This document shows, in pieces, positions 1-12,601 of a stretch of DNA of 64,000 nt (positions are counted from its first letter, which is position 1; each line of letters begins with the position of its first letter). Made by a program: the position numbers and the translations under genes. This stretch comes from Lepidodermella squamata (lineage: Eukaryota; Animalia; Gastrotricha): positions 2,480,001 through 2,544,000 of the forward strand of contig JBLDXI010000015.1 in the NCBI GenBank assembly GCA_047495785.1. The letters are read 5' to 3'. Below the pieces are notes generated by a model that was not told the DNA's origin, searched no databases, and saw only the letters and a program-made list of their open reading frames with translations.

Positions 1-2596
1 CCGTCAGATGCTAGAGCCTGTAAAGCCGCATCTCAAGTCGTCATCGACACAGTCAATTCAAAGCCAGAATTCCTGCCCGATTATCACATCGAATTAAAGG
101 TGAAAGACGAGGGCAGAAGTGCTCAAAAAGCTCCGCAGAGTTTCGTCGAATTTCTACGTGATTTTGAAAATTCCCCTAAAAATCGAACCTACATAGCCCC
201 GGTTGTAGTCGGCACGTCGATCGCATGTCAAAGTAAGCTTATTTTATTTTCGAATTACAATTTTTCCACCTTAATTTTTCAGGTGTTGCTTTCACTGTTC
301 GAATGAATAAATTTGTCCAATTCGCCGAGGGCTGTACCGGGCCGTTTTTGATAGGCCGCCGCTATCTTTATTCAACCTTATACCGAGTTCAAATGCCATA
401 CGAAAATCTCGCCGTTGCCACTGTCCTTTTCATGAAAAATGTCGGCAAATGGCGACAAGCTGGAATTTTCACATTTTCGCCCAATGCAAACGACTACATG
501 CTAGCCCAAACTACGCAGCGATTGATGATCGAAAATCAGATCGATGTGTTGTACTACACCAGTGAAGACGATGTGACTGAAGCAACAATGGCGGCTATCA
601 AGGAAAGCGGCGTGAGATTCGTTGTTTTGGCTCACAGCCAAGTTCCACTTTTCGTCAAATTTCTCTGCCTGAGTTACATTGCGGAAATGCGGGCGCCAAA
701 CTACGTGTTCACGGCTAATTTTTACACATATTTTTCGGCAGATAGCGCCGCGTTATTACTACCACATGGTTGTAGCCGAGAAATGGTGACTGAACAGTTG
801 AAAATAACGTTTTACATCGGTGGCTGGTTGGGTGCGACAAGAAATTTCGGGAAATCGTGGCTCGGTTACGATTTACCGTGGTTTGAAAGCCGTGTTTTGG
901 ACATTTTGAATAACACGCGGGTCCCTGACTATCCTCAACGGCATTTGTGCCACGATGCGACTATGGCGGCGGTTTATACGCTTCATAACACGGATTTGGC
1001 GCTAAAATCTCGATTCAATGCGTCGATTCGTGATTTTGGGACGCACCCGGACTTGGTACAAGCCATTGCCAACCAATCAGCGGCTTCGATTGATTTTCAA
1101 GGTTGGAAATTTGACTCGATGAGAATTTCGAATAATTAAAAAAAAAAATCGATTATGGTGCGAAATTTCAGATTATGCCTCTCATTTTTTGCGATTTGAA
1201 CTCATTTTTTAAGGATAAAATATGGGGTAGATTTTAAAACTTGAAAACAAATTGTTTATCCTTTAGAAACAATATAACCATAAAAGTTGTCAAGCAACTA
1301 AAATTTAAAATTAAATTAAATTAAATTTCAAAAGTTTGAATTTTAAGTTTTAACCGAAATTAAAAAAACTTAATTTTTTGTTTAAATTTAGGCCTCCGAA
1401 TCGGCCAGCTTAAATATTCCGAACGGCTCGAACTTGACAGCGAAGAAATGTGGATAATTCAGTGGCTGAATGGCACCGTTCGGTTCGCCTACAAAGTCGA
1501 GCGAAAATCTTCCGACTACCGAACCGTCCTGAACACCACGACCTACAACCTAGTCAAATCAGAAGGCGCTGTTTGGTTCACAAAATCAGGCCAGCCACCA
1601 AAAGATTTGACAGAAATTACTCTTATCGAGAAACGTTTTCCGCTTCTCTTCGTCGGCATTGTCATCGCAATCGCAGTTTTAGTGACTGGAATTCAAATTT
1701 TCACGGCGCTTAATGCAATCTTAAATAGCGATCTGATGAATTTTCTATTTTTCTTCGACTTGCCCACTAATTTAACTGCCTTTTTCGGCTATTTCACGCT
1801 GAACATCGGCGCAGTTGTCTTCGCCCTGGAGGCGTCAATATACCGCGAAAAATTATGCCTAATCCAGCCGATTTTTCTCGTCATCGGAATTTCTGCATGC
1901 AACGGTGTGTTGCTGTCGAGAATAACCGCCCTTCACCACATGTCGAAAGCCATAGCTAAGCGCTACTTGGCAAATCGATCAGTTATCAATTTAATTGCAA
2001 TCGAATTAGCCATTTCGGAGAAATTAGCTCGTTATCGTCCTTTCATGCACATTTTTTCGCTAGCTTTCCCACTCACAATGGCGACCCTCGTAGCAATCTG
2101 GTTGATTACTGATCCTTTCAGCGTGATTTCCAGTGTATCGGCGACATTCTCATCTGATGCCATGGAAGGTTATTTTGCGACCAAAACAAGTTACTGCGCT
2201 TCTGATAATCAATTAAGATGGATCAGTGCGATAGGCGCTGCTAATGCCTTTCTCCTCTTCGTGTCATGTTTCTCGGCTTTCGAGGTACGCAAAAAGCTGG
2301 CAATTTCCACTTTCATTAATTACGAGTGCTATCTCGCGCGGTTCGCTGTAATTAGCGCAACGATAATTTTTATTGCGACAACCATCCTCGTGCTGGCTAT
2401 TGATAGATCAGCGTTTGATTACCAGCTGATTGTGTTGGCCGTTGGCATGCTGGCCTACTCTGCGATGACCTGTGCCGCGTTTTATTACCCTGCGCTGACT
2501 AGACGATGGCCTAATGAGGAGGAGGTCGACGGCGTGGTCGATTTCTCAGCGACAGACTTTAAAAACCCAAGAAAAGCATCGCACAATTCGCAATAA
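1..2596 (+). CDS. Divergent class C GPCR, GABA-B-receptor-like (Venus-flytrap domain + 7TM), 5'-partial
   Basis: Exons <1-232, 283-1101 and 1392-2596 join in frame across GT-AG introns. The N-terminal 'VIDTVNSKPEFLPDYHIELKVKD' is typical of ANF/GABA-B flytrap domains. The last exon has several hydrophobic helices and 'YCASDNQLRW...FLLFVSCFSAFEVRK', resembling GABA-B ECL2/TM5. Confidence 0.75.
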
Positions 2597-2677
2597 AATT
2601 CCGCAAAAATAATTAAGGCGGACTTTTCCAAATTATTTACCTCTCTGAAATATTTTTTATTAATAAAAGGAGCGAGA

Positions 2678-3718
2678 TTATAACTTTGGGCTGGCACAAG
2701 TTTTGTGAAAATCTCTTTGATGGTGATATTCGAAATCGCAGAATTCGTAAACGTATTTCCGCCGGTCCAAATACATCGCAACAGTCAGGTATCTTAACGG
2801 CGCATCGCCCCATCGTCGCTCGTAAATCTGCAACGAAACCAAAATTTCCTTGGTAAATTGCCGAATTCCAGCATTTTCTCGCCACGTTGGGACGTGCAAT
2901 ATTTCGAAGTTGTTGTAGTACATTGGAAATTTGTAATTTTTCCGACTTTCATTATCAGCAGGGAATTGGGGCAATTGATTGACTAGAATAGCTTTTCGGT
3001 TCCTCTTGACGTAATCCTCCGTAAATTCGACCAGCCCCCGGGTCACATAAGCATCGTCTGTTCTCGCATTTCGATAGCTGTATTTGAAATCATTTTGAGC
3101 CATGAATTGAAAGATGTCGTAATTTATCGGCGATTCAAGGTACGAATCAGAATCCATCCGCCAATAATACCGAACGTCACGCATGACCGGCTCGTAAAAA
3201 ACTTGATTGAACCAGAACGCGATCATGTTGTGATAACCTGGGTACCGGTTTTCAAAGACTACCTTCGAAATAGACCCATCAGCCACCTTATCGAGGAAAG
3301 CTTTCGGCGGCTTTATTTCTATTAAAACGAAATGAAGCAGGGCGAAGTCTTCGTAGTTGAGTATTTGACAAGCGGCGATCGTTTTAAAAATAGCCCATCG
3401 GTCAAAGTCGTTCTCGTGAAAAATAATCACCGGGTATCGAAATTTGAAATTGAAATTTTGAAATAATAAGATTATTGACAAGGCGAATTTGTTGATGTGC
3501 CCTTTATCTGCTAGATAGATGATAACATCCCCCTCGAAATGCTTTGGTTGCTGTTTTTCCGCTAGCAATTTTCGAAGATAGATCAATTGAATGTAGTATC
3601 GAAGGGTATAAAATAATACGATGATAATCGCGAAAATTAAGATCGTGTTCCAAATTCTAATTAATCCTCGATTGCCGAAATATTGCCGTGAAAAATTCGT
3701 AGCAATTTTACGTAGCAT
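2678..3718 (-). CDS. Glycosyltransferase family 15 (KRE2/MNT1-like alpha-1,2-mannosyltransferase), type II membrane, single-exon CDS, copy 1
   Basis: N-terminal TM helix plus GT15 motifs GYHNM..F, YYWRMDSD, YDIFQFM...KYSY, YYNNFEI and YERRWGDAP. Confidence 0.85.
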   Translation of the reverse strand: MLRKIATNFSRQYFGNRGLIRIWNTILIFAIIIVLFYTLRYYIQLIYLRKLLAEKQQPKHFEGDVIIYLADKGHINKFALSIILLFQNFNFKFRYPVIIFHENDFDRWAIFKTIAACQILNYEDFALLHFVLIEIKPPKAFLDKVADGSISKVVFENRYPGYHNMIAFWFNQVFYEPVMRDVRYYWRMDSDSYLESPINYDIFQFMAQNDFKYSYRNARTDDAYVTRGLVEFTEDYVKRNRKAILVNQLPQFPADNESRKNYKFPMYYNNFEILHVPTWRENAGIRQFTKEILVSLQIYERRWGDAPLRYLTVAMYLDRRKYVYEFCDFEYHHQRDFHKTCASPKL

Positions 3719-4994
3719 TATTCATTATTTATTAAAAGATCCTAAAAAACGAGAAAATTCATTTTTCCACCTTAATTTTTTCGTCACCTAATTAAACACT
3801 ACATTTCTTGAATGATAGCGAGAAAATAGAAAATCGTCGAATTCTTAGTAAAATGTTAGTAAATAAGGGCGCTGAAGTGCACCTCTGGTGTCCCTTGGTG
3901 TCCCTCTCCTTAGACTCTCCCTTAAACATGTGGGATTACAGAATAGGACATCTCAGTATAATACAGTGGCTGTCTTTTATATTAAGGCTTATAGGCATGC
4001 GGTTGTCTGTGTAGTAGATTGGTTTGTATTTTGCCTATACGCCAATAATGTTTATTGAGTCGCCTATATAGTTGGGTATTAGGGTTGAAGCGCATACCTG
4101 TGCGTGCTCATTCATATTACCACGCTCAGTGGTGGCACAAGCCGCCAGCAAACAATGGGCTAGGCGACTCAATCCGCGGATGCTTCCGCCTATAATAAAC
4201 GCTGACAACAAAGCAGCCGAACTGCGTTGTAATAATACGCAAGAATTATATAATATGCGACCGCGAACAAGTGAAAAGTAGGGTTTGGCGAATTTCGCGA
4301 ATTTTCTAAAATTGGTTTCTCTAAAAACATAACGATTTTTTGTTTTTTTTCGCTATTTTTCCACAATTTTTCGAATTCTTGTATTACTTTTTTATTTTGG
4401 GACATTTTGAAAGCTCTCCTAAATTACTCCTTAAAATGATGAAAATGCGAATGGTTGACGGAGAAAATTTAGAATGAGAGGCCAGAAAAATCGGAGAAAA
4501 ATGTAAAAATTCATGAGAATAGTAATCAAGTATGTCACTTGTCAACGGGATTAAAAACTTCCGGAGAAATTTGGTACAACCGGGTAAAACACCAAAAATT
4601 ACCGAATTACCATCTGGTTTTTCCGGGTTTTCTCCGGTAAATTACTCTGTAAATTCGTGGATAATAAAGAAGGAAGATTCACCCGGTATGTTTGATTTCA
4701 CAAAATTAGCTAAATTCCTGCAAAAAAGCTCCGAAATTGAAGTTAATTAAAAAATGGTTGTGCAGCTTACGTGACACGCACCATATTATTGTTGCTACTT
4801 TTTGTTATCAATTTGCCAATATCACTTAATCAACGTGACTTTGGTACGGCAGTGATTCCATCTGTCCAATCCAACGCTAAGATCTTCGAAAATTCACGCC
4901 CAAGGAATAGTGCATTCAAAACAACAGCTATTATTTTTTTCTCATTTCTTTTCTCATTTTATTCATTTTCGTAAAAAAAACATTAAATAAAATA

Positions 4995-6068
4995 TTATCG
5001 GTTTAATTTTGGGCTTGCGCAAGTTCTGTGAATATTCATTTGATGCCGGTATTCAAAGTCGCAAAATTGATGCACGTATTTCCGTCGATCCAAATACATT
5101 GCTATGGTCAGGTACCGCAACGGAGCATCGCCCCATCTCCGCTCGTAAATTCTCAGTGAATCAAGAACTTCTTTCGTGAATTGCCGAATCCCCGCATTTT
5201 TCCGCCACGTTGGAACGTGCACAATTTCGAAATTGTTGTAGTACATCGGAAATTTGTAATTTTTCCGAGCTTCAACGTCGGTTGGAAACTGCGGCAATTG
5301 ATCGACTAGAATTTTCTCCCGATTTTTGGCGATGTAATCTTCCATAAAATCAACCATGCCTACTGTTACCCAGGCTTCGTCCTTTACCGCATGCCGATAG
5401 CTGTACTTGAAGTTATTTTGAGCCATAAATTGGAAAAGGTCGTAGTTTATCGGCGACTTTATGAACGAGTCAGAATCCATCCGCCAGTAGTACCGAACGT
5501 CACGCATGACTGGCTCGTAAAAAACTTGGTTAAACCAGAAAGCAATCATATTTTGATAGCCCGGATATCTGTCCTCGGAGACAATATTCCGAATCGTCCC
5601 ATTCGCCACTTTTTGCGTGAAAATTTCAGGTGGATTTATTTCTATTAAAACGAAATGTAGTAAGTCGTAATCGGTGTAGCGTAGCACTTGACACGCGCTG
5701 ATTGATTCCAAAACCGCCCATCGGTCTAAATTTTTCTCGTGAAAAATGATCACCGGATATCGAAATTGAAGATTGAAATTTTGAAACAGCAAAACTATCG
5801 ACAAGGCAATTCGGTCGATGTGCCGCTGATCGGCCAGGTACACGATAATATCTCGCGAGGCAGTTAAATTTTTCGCAGAATCTTCGGTAATAATATTAGG
5901 CTGGTTCTCCTCAGGCAACGTTTGAAGGCTTATCAAATGAAAAAAGTACCGCAGGGCAGAAATTGTTATACAAATCATTGTGAATATTAAGGTGGCGTTT
6001 AGTAGGGTGACCAAAAATCGGAAGCTGCAAACTGATCGCAGGTTAGAAGATAGGAGCCCAAGTATCAT
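4995..6068 (-). CDS. GT15 mannosyltransferase-like protein, copy 2 (tandem paralogue)
   Basis: Same motifs (YYWRMDSD, YYNNFEI, RWGDAP); catalytic region visibly very similar to 2678-3718. Confidence 0.85.
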   Translation of the reverse strand: MILGLLSSNLRSVCSFRFLVTLLNATLIFTMICITISALRYFFHLISLQTLPEENQPNIITEDSAKNLTASRDIIVYLADQRHIDRIALSIVLLFQNFNLQFRYPVIIFHEKNLDRWAVLESISACQVLRYTDYDLLHFVLIEINPPEIFTQKVANGTIRNIVSEDRYPGYQNMIAFWFNQVFYEPVMRDVRYYWRMDSDSFIKSPINYDLFQFMAQNNFKYSYRHAVKDEAWVTVGMVDFMEDYIAKNREKILVDQLPQFPTDVEARKNYKFPMYYNNFEIVHVPTWRKNAGIRQFTKEVLDSLRIYERRWGDAPLRYLTIAMYLDRRKYVHQFCDFEYRHQMNIHRTCASPKLNR

Positions 6069-6261
6069 TTTTCTTCACACTAAAAAATTTAAATAAAATT
6101 AAAAAATATTACAAAGACATCAGAATATTTTGAAGATGAACGAAATTTGAAAACTTTGCTAAAAATGCGAAATTTCAAACTTTTTCAAAGGCGTCTAAAT
6201 ATTTGTGCCATATTAATTGAGGTTCCACTGCCAAATTTCTCTGTACCTTTGCAGCTGCTGA

Positions 6262-6315
6262 CATCGGAAAAATCACTGATTTGTAAAATCGATACTGAAA
6301 ATCGATATCGGCTCT
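6262..6315 (+). repeat. Copy of a dispersed ~50-bp repeat (ATCGGAAAAATCACTGATTTGTAAAATCGAT...ATCGATATCGGCTCT)
   Basis: Related copies at ~8378-8430 (+), ~42441-42485 (-), ~46592-46620 (+) and ~49735-49790 (-). Confidence 0.7.
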
Positions 6316-7165
6316 ATAAATCGCATAGGATACGCGTAATAGGAATATTTTCATCGCGGAATAATTGTCTAATGTGTAATGCAAAAAAACCACTTTTGAA
6401 AGCCCTGCTGAAGCCCTTAATTTAGGGTTGTCACCTAGTTCCATTTTGATAGGTGATTAAATTTGCAAAAAATGAATGCATGTCCCGACAAATTATTGAA
6501 AATTGTGGTTCGGGGGAAGAAATTTCAGTGAACCGAGACATTTATTGGAGTGAAGGCGCTCGAAATATTTCGAAAGTTATTTTCGGGCATATGCGGGTGG
6601 GTGCAAAATTTCGCTTCATAACATGCGAAATTATAATGATAAATGATAAAACTAACGCGCTAAATGTTTTCATGGCGTGCGGCCTTAAAAATCTCGCATT
6701 GGTAATGGAATCGATAATTGTGATTCGCGGTGAAAATTGGCGCGCATACTGTGAGGGAATACACAAAATTGCCAGCTGTGGTATCAGGCATGACAGGTAA
6801 TCTGAACGAAGCGCGAAGGTATATGTGTAATAATGGTTTAGTATATAAATCCTCTGAGGCTCTTCCTTGTCCCGGTTCATGGGACCCGGGCGCATGTTTA
6901 CTTAGTCACTCTATTGTATTGCTAATACACACCGGCTATTTACGTAAACTGATGGAGAGCCGCTAGCTAAACAATGAACTGGGCTTGACTTCTTTTTACA
7001 AATAAAAGCCGGAGCATTTTCGCTATTTATAAACACGTCTTAGCAATGCCATTCACTCATTTAAGACACTTTGAGATTAAACAAAATTTTGCTAATTTTT
7101 AATTCGTGGTACAAGCCAAATGTAAAAACAACAACAAATGTCAGGTAAAATGCGATGAGTTATTT

Positions 7166-9711
7166 TCACGGGCGTGGTACTTGTTGCCGGCCGTGGACGA
7201 AATAAGGATGAAAATGCTGAGGCGGCGGCTTGGGACTGGTTGTTGAAGTGACCCGTCTCACGTTTGGGAGAAACGGATTTTTTGGCGCATGACTTGCTGG
7301 CTCTGATGCTGTATTTGGCTTGATCGGGTGATCGGGAGTCGATGCTTTTTCATGATCGGCCGCCGTAGGGGCTAAATAAAATGAAAAACGTAACGAGAGG
7401 TACTTTCGTCAAAATGATGCTCATTATTGAAGACCAAAATTTCTTTCAAACTAAAAAAATTCTAAAATTTGAAGCAAATAAGAGCCAGCAAATTATTTCG
7501 AATTCACATTAATTTTTGACAATTTAAAAATTGGTTCGAAAATTAGCGGGTAATTCCTGACCTAGAAACAATGTTGCGCGAATCGAAGGTAAAATTGAAA
7601 CTGTGCGCGCGAATTTTTCCGATTCGTTGTGATTTCGTTTCTTGATCGTTATACTGATCTCTGCCCTTCCTGTCCCTGTGATTTTTTATCTTAGCTACAG
7701 GGTGTCCTAAATGTCTCAATTCCGGGCCCATATTAGTTCCTTCCAGTCGGAGGGTAAAAGTGGAGCAAAACGCAAAGTCGAACATTTTAGAAATTTTAAG
7801 GCCGCGTGCGGTAAAGTCAAAGGGTGTTGTTAAAATTTGTTAAAAATAATTCAACTGACGCGCATGAACCGAGTCCTGATTTTTAACAAATTTAAAACCG
7901 CGCGCAAAGATGTTGAAGGGTTACTTTCAAATATCGTGTCGGCTTTTATTCTAAACAATAATTCGGACAATTCTATATCGATTGAATATGGTTCAAAAAA
8001 TAAAAATAAAAAAATGTACGCGCACTCTAAATTCCGCGCGGTGATCAGGAGCGCGCACACTCGCAAATGGAATGTTGGAATGCTCGTAAAACCTTTTCAG
8101 ACAAATTTTTCTCGCGAGAAACCCATATTCATTTGGATAGAGAATTATTTAAGCTTCATTTTGGAATAAAAACCGCTAGGATATTCGAAAATAGCCCTTT
8201 GACATCAGCGCGCGACCAAAATGTTGTTTAAAACTTGGCGTTTTGCGCTAAGTCCACTTTTACCCTCCAATTGCGCAACCGACGCTTGGGGGCTGGACAG
8301 AGCTAATATGGGCCCGGAATTGAGCTCCTAAAAGCTATGCAGGAAAATAACTGAAGCCTTGTTCCAAGACTGTTTATATCGGAAAAATCACTTATTTGTA
8401 AAATCGGTTCTTGAAATCGATATCGGCTCTGCAGGCTGAATTATAACTAGCAAACTAACGGTTAGTAACGCAAAATTCGAGTAATATCGAGTTCTATCAC
8501 TTGGCATGATAACAAAAAATGGATAGGACTTTAAAATCTAAAAAACCATATTTTGGGAAATGCACAGCGCTGGAGTCTCAAATTTAGTGCTGGGGCCCTA
8601 ATTCGATTAGAAAAATTGTAAGTGACAATCATAAATTTGTACAACTCAAATCGAAAATCGCCTTATGCAGTACATAATTTGGCGGTCGCGTGAATCACCA
8701 CGATGACCCCAAGTTGAAATGCGCAACGGGGAATATGAAATTTTAAATCGATGATCGATTATCGATTTTTTTGAAGTGAAATAGCGAGAACGTTTTATTT
8801 CTTCGGCGTTATCAGATTCGCCAAATAACACACACTAAAAACCAACAAAGTTTCTGATACTTACTAGAAGATGAGAAGCTGCCATGATTCACTGCTTTCA
8901 ACTTTTCAATTTCGGCATTGAGCGCTTCAATTTTCGAATCTTTCTCCGTCAATTGCGTCGACATGCGAAACACGACTTTTTGCAGCGCCGCCAGGCTGCT
9001 CTGAGCTTGAGAGTTCGCCGCCATCAAAGTCACCAAGTTTTTATTCGACGCTTGTTCCGTGATTATCGCTCTTCCAGCTATCAATTGATTCGCCCCGCTA
9101 GCAATTGCAATTTGATTCTCAAGTTCGGTGATTCGAGATCGAAGGCGTTCAATTTCATCGAAATTTTGCTCGTTGGCCGTGTTTATTTCGTTATTGTCAG
9201 CCATCGCCACCTCGCTGGACAATTTCTCGTTTTCAGCCTTAATTTCTTCGAATTGTTTCTGCAATTTCGCATTTTCGAACATTAGCTCAACTTTTTCCTT
9301 GCGCAGTTGGTCGTTGCTCTTCGTCAAATTGTCAACTTGCTGCTCGAATTTTTCGGCCGAAATTTTCGAATTTTCGTACAATTTTCGGAAATTTTCCAGC
9401 TCCAGCTGCGATATTTCGTGTTCTTGCTTTAGCAGCTCGAATGAATTGTTAATTTCATCGAATTTATGCCGTGGAACGCTCGACCTAGCGTGGTCCAGCG
9501 CGTCGATGAGTTTTTCGCGTTGAACAGCTGTATTAAGGCGGAGCAGTGATAAAGCTTTGCGGTGCTCGTCTGCCATTTCGATGAAGCAAGCCACAACGTC
9601 GACGCTGAGCGGCCAGTTTTCGCGGATGACTTGAACGACTCGTTTTGATAGGCCGGCCTCGGCAATGGCGGCGGATAATTCGATAGATGGCGCTGGCGAA
9701 GGTGACGTCAT
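7166..9711 (-). CDS. Orphan protein: putative SAM-like N-terminus, long coiled coil, Pro-rich tail
   Basis: Exon 1 (9711-8865) ends at a GTAAGT donor. A phase-1 join to the acceptor at 7371 gives an open Pro-rich exon (TPTAADHEK...QVPRP*) ending at 7166. The middle is a heptad-rich E/K/Q/L segment. Confidence 0.65.
7715..8324. mobile_element. MITE with 22-bp perfect terminal inverted repeats, intronic
   Basis: CTCAATTCCGGGCCCATATTAG (7715-7736) is the reverse complement of 8303-8324. Further subterminal inverted similarity (GGAGGGTAAAAGTGGA / TCCACTTTTACCCTCC). No coding capacity seen. Confidence 0.75.
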
Positions 9712-11107
9712 TTAATTGAAAAATCCTAATTTAAAACATTAATTCGATTAATTTAAAAAATTGATGAAAAATTTCTTGAAACTAAATAATTTGGAAATTT
9801 CTTTAGGCCTGTAAAAAATGCTCAAGTTCCATTTAAAATTGACCACTAATTTTTAAAATTAATCCTAAATGTGATTAAAATGGTCCAAGATGAATTGAAT
9901 TTCTAATTTCATAGCAAGGAACCGGATGCTGTGACGAGCTCGGATTAACGGATTAAGGTGTCACGCCCACTTCGATGACAGGAAGAAAATCTGCGTTGCG
10001 TAGCTGTAATCCGGTAAATAAACAGTAAGAAATTCTGTTTCAGAGAAACAATTTACGGGCATGAGAATGGGAAAGAAAACGGGATTTATGTGCGACTGCT
10101 ATTCTAGTGCCCAGTGAAGCTTAATTCAGTGAGTTCTATACTACATGCTGGCGTTGATTATTACGAGCCTTAACGACATGAAAATGCCATGGCAGGCTGC
10201 TCGTCGATGTCATGACCCTGGTAATAAAACTCATTAGCTCATTTTCTATTACGAGGTCACTCTGTTCCTGCGTTTCAAATAAAAATAATTATACATCAGA
10301 GATTGGAAAGAAAAACGGAAGAATTACAGACGAAATTAGGGTGAGTTCTGTTTATTGTTGTGGAATTCTGGAAGCTACGAAAAGCCGTGCTATATATTAA
10401 GGCTGCCGGTGATATATGGCAGCGGCATAAATGAATGAATGCGATTTATCCTATTCACTTACCAATTTATTTTTTCATGGGCTATTTTTACTATTTATAT
10501 GTTCATCAGAGGGCGGCACACCCTTTGAATGGAAGATTCTAAGGTGTTGAGGCTATTCCTGTATATCATGTATATCCTGTAAATATAGCATATCGTAGAC
10601 CCGGCTAATAAAGCTCAGTTGCTATCAATATTACTTGCAGCAATGTACAATTACTCCATTTTCCTACCCTGATGGGTTGTACACACGGAATTAGTTTATA
10701 CAACCTTACCTACCTACGTGGGACAACTTCCGAGGATACTATTTTAAGAAAATAAAAATTACAAACTTTCTATATATTTAGACAAAGGTGGCCAGCAAAT
10801 TCCGGCGATTTCTCAAATTTCATTAACAATTTTTAACTATTAAATTTCGATTTGAAGGGCAACACTAATCGACAGGCGAAATAGCACGGCTTCTAAAAAT
10901 AGGCTGTTCAATATTTTTCAATGATTGGGTAAATCGCGCCAACTCGTTTTTATTCAGTTCCCCTGTTCACGCGTTAGGCATTCCGTTTTTTATTATTGAT
11001 GAGCGATGAAAAAGCGGAAAAAGCAAAAAAACAAACAAATTAAAATGAATGTTTTTACGAGTCACTTTCAGGCCCAGTTCATGCGAAACATAGCGAAATT
11101 GAAGATA

Positions 11108-11826
11108 TCAGATTATTTCCATGGGAATTTTCACGCAGACTAAAGGTCGCCGATATTCATCAACAATTCGTAAGGTCAAGTCCATGGAAACCTGTTATTA
11201 AATATATGTGCCTACAAAAATTGCTAACAAATCGCTATGAATTACGTGCAACGGCATTATATCTTGCACTGTAATGCCATCAATGTAACGGTAAGTTTTA
11301 CCGCGTTGCAATGGACACTCGTTGCTAAGCAAGCCTCGGGCCAAAGCAACTGCTTTCAGCGATTGACAAGCGTCGGGCAATAGTTTATCGTTGATCGGAA
11401 ATTGCAGCTGCGTTATAGTAACGTTACCGACGTGACAGTTTCCAACGTAAACCCACGTCGATAACGTATCAGTGTCGATATCTGAAAAGCATTAATAAAT
11501 TCGAATAAAATATCCTCCTTAAAAATTTATTTTTAATTTAATTTTTTTATTACGAGATTGAAAAGTGATGTCGAACTGCCAAATGGTGCCGCTGAAAACC
11601 ATGCAGTGCGGATTGACAGGGTCGTAGGATATCAAACATGGTTCGAAGTTGAAATGAAGGAGTTTTCCAACTCGAGAATCGGCTTGAAAAAATCAGAAAT
11701 TTGTCAAAAGAATATTGAATTGATTATAGCTTTATTACTGCAATTTTCATACAGGTCGGTTTCATCAAAGAAACCAGCTCGAATCGGAGGAAAAATTGAA
11801 AATAGAAATAAACAGGTTAAAAACAT
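11108..11826 (-). CDS. Secreted ML-domain (NPC2/MD-2-related lipid-recognition) protein 1, 4 exons
   Basis: Spliced translation: MFLTCLFLFS...YENCTDSRVGKLLHFNFEPC...PHCMVFSG...DACQ...CPLQRGKTYRY...VSMDLTLRIVDEYRRPLVCVKIPMEII*. This shows the NPC2 cysteine pattern and the CPLxxGxxYxY motif. Confidence 0.8.
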
Positions 11827-11872
11827 GTTTTTCTCAAGTCACAAAGTGCGATAAGTAAGGACATATTTTTTA

Positions 11873-12476
11873 TTACAAAATCTTGCATGTTACAGGGAAA
11901 CATGCAATAATGCCAGATGCGAAGCTTTCTGCGTCTGTCGTATCAGCCACCAGCTGAACTCGGCCGATGGCGATAAGCTAAAAATAGGAAAGTTGGTCGA
12001 ACTGAAAAATATGAGTACAAGTAAAAAATTACCGGCGCTGGTAAATAATCGGGAATATGTAACGCGACGTTATACGTGTAATTTCGGCCCATCTCCAGGC
12101 GGGGCGATGCTTCATCGCAGTCGACCTCGAGAAAATTGCGGCAATTATGCAGTAAGGGGACGTACTGGAATAATTCAGGGGAAAACAGTGGCAGCAGGTT
12201 TCGATTCTCGTCTAACCAGCCGGCGAACACTTTATCAACCTTCAGCAGCAGGCTGACTTTGTTCGCATTTTCAACCGGCTTGTTCAGGCGAAATTGAACT
12301 TTGACCTCGACATTGCCGCCAACCATAGCCTCGCATTGCTTGTCCGAGTTGACTGGTAGAATTTCGAACTTTAGGCTTTCGGCTAGAAACTGGTCCCAAT
12401 CGTTAGGACAGCGCTTTGCCAGTAGACATGTGCGAAACAGAACGCAGACGATAATAATTAATTTCACAGAAATCAT
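11873..12476 (-). CDS. Secreted ML-domain (NPC2/MD-2-related) protein 2, 2 exons
   Basis: Signal peptide MISVKLIIIVCVLF, then 'C...GGNVEVKVQF' and 'LEMGRNYTYNVALHIPDYLP'. Intron 12032-11978 leads to a last exon ending IACFPVTCKIL*. Confidence 0.75.
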
Positions 12477-12601
12477 TTTGGCAAAATGACACAAGAAATC
12501 ACGATATGGTAGCAATTAATTCGACGCGACAGATGTTTAATTATTTCACGTACCTACGTGATTTACAAGGAAAACTTAACATTTATTATTTTTTAGTCAA
12601 A

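Noticed and set aside
8884-9523. Antisense ORFs over the coiled-coil gene and similar short shadow ORFs across the window
   Set aside because: Explained by codon bias of the real gene on the opposite strand; no motifs or splice logic.
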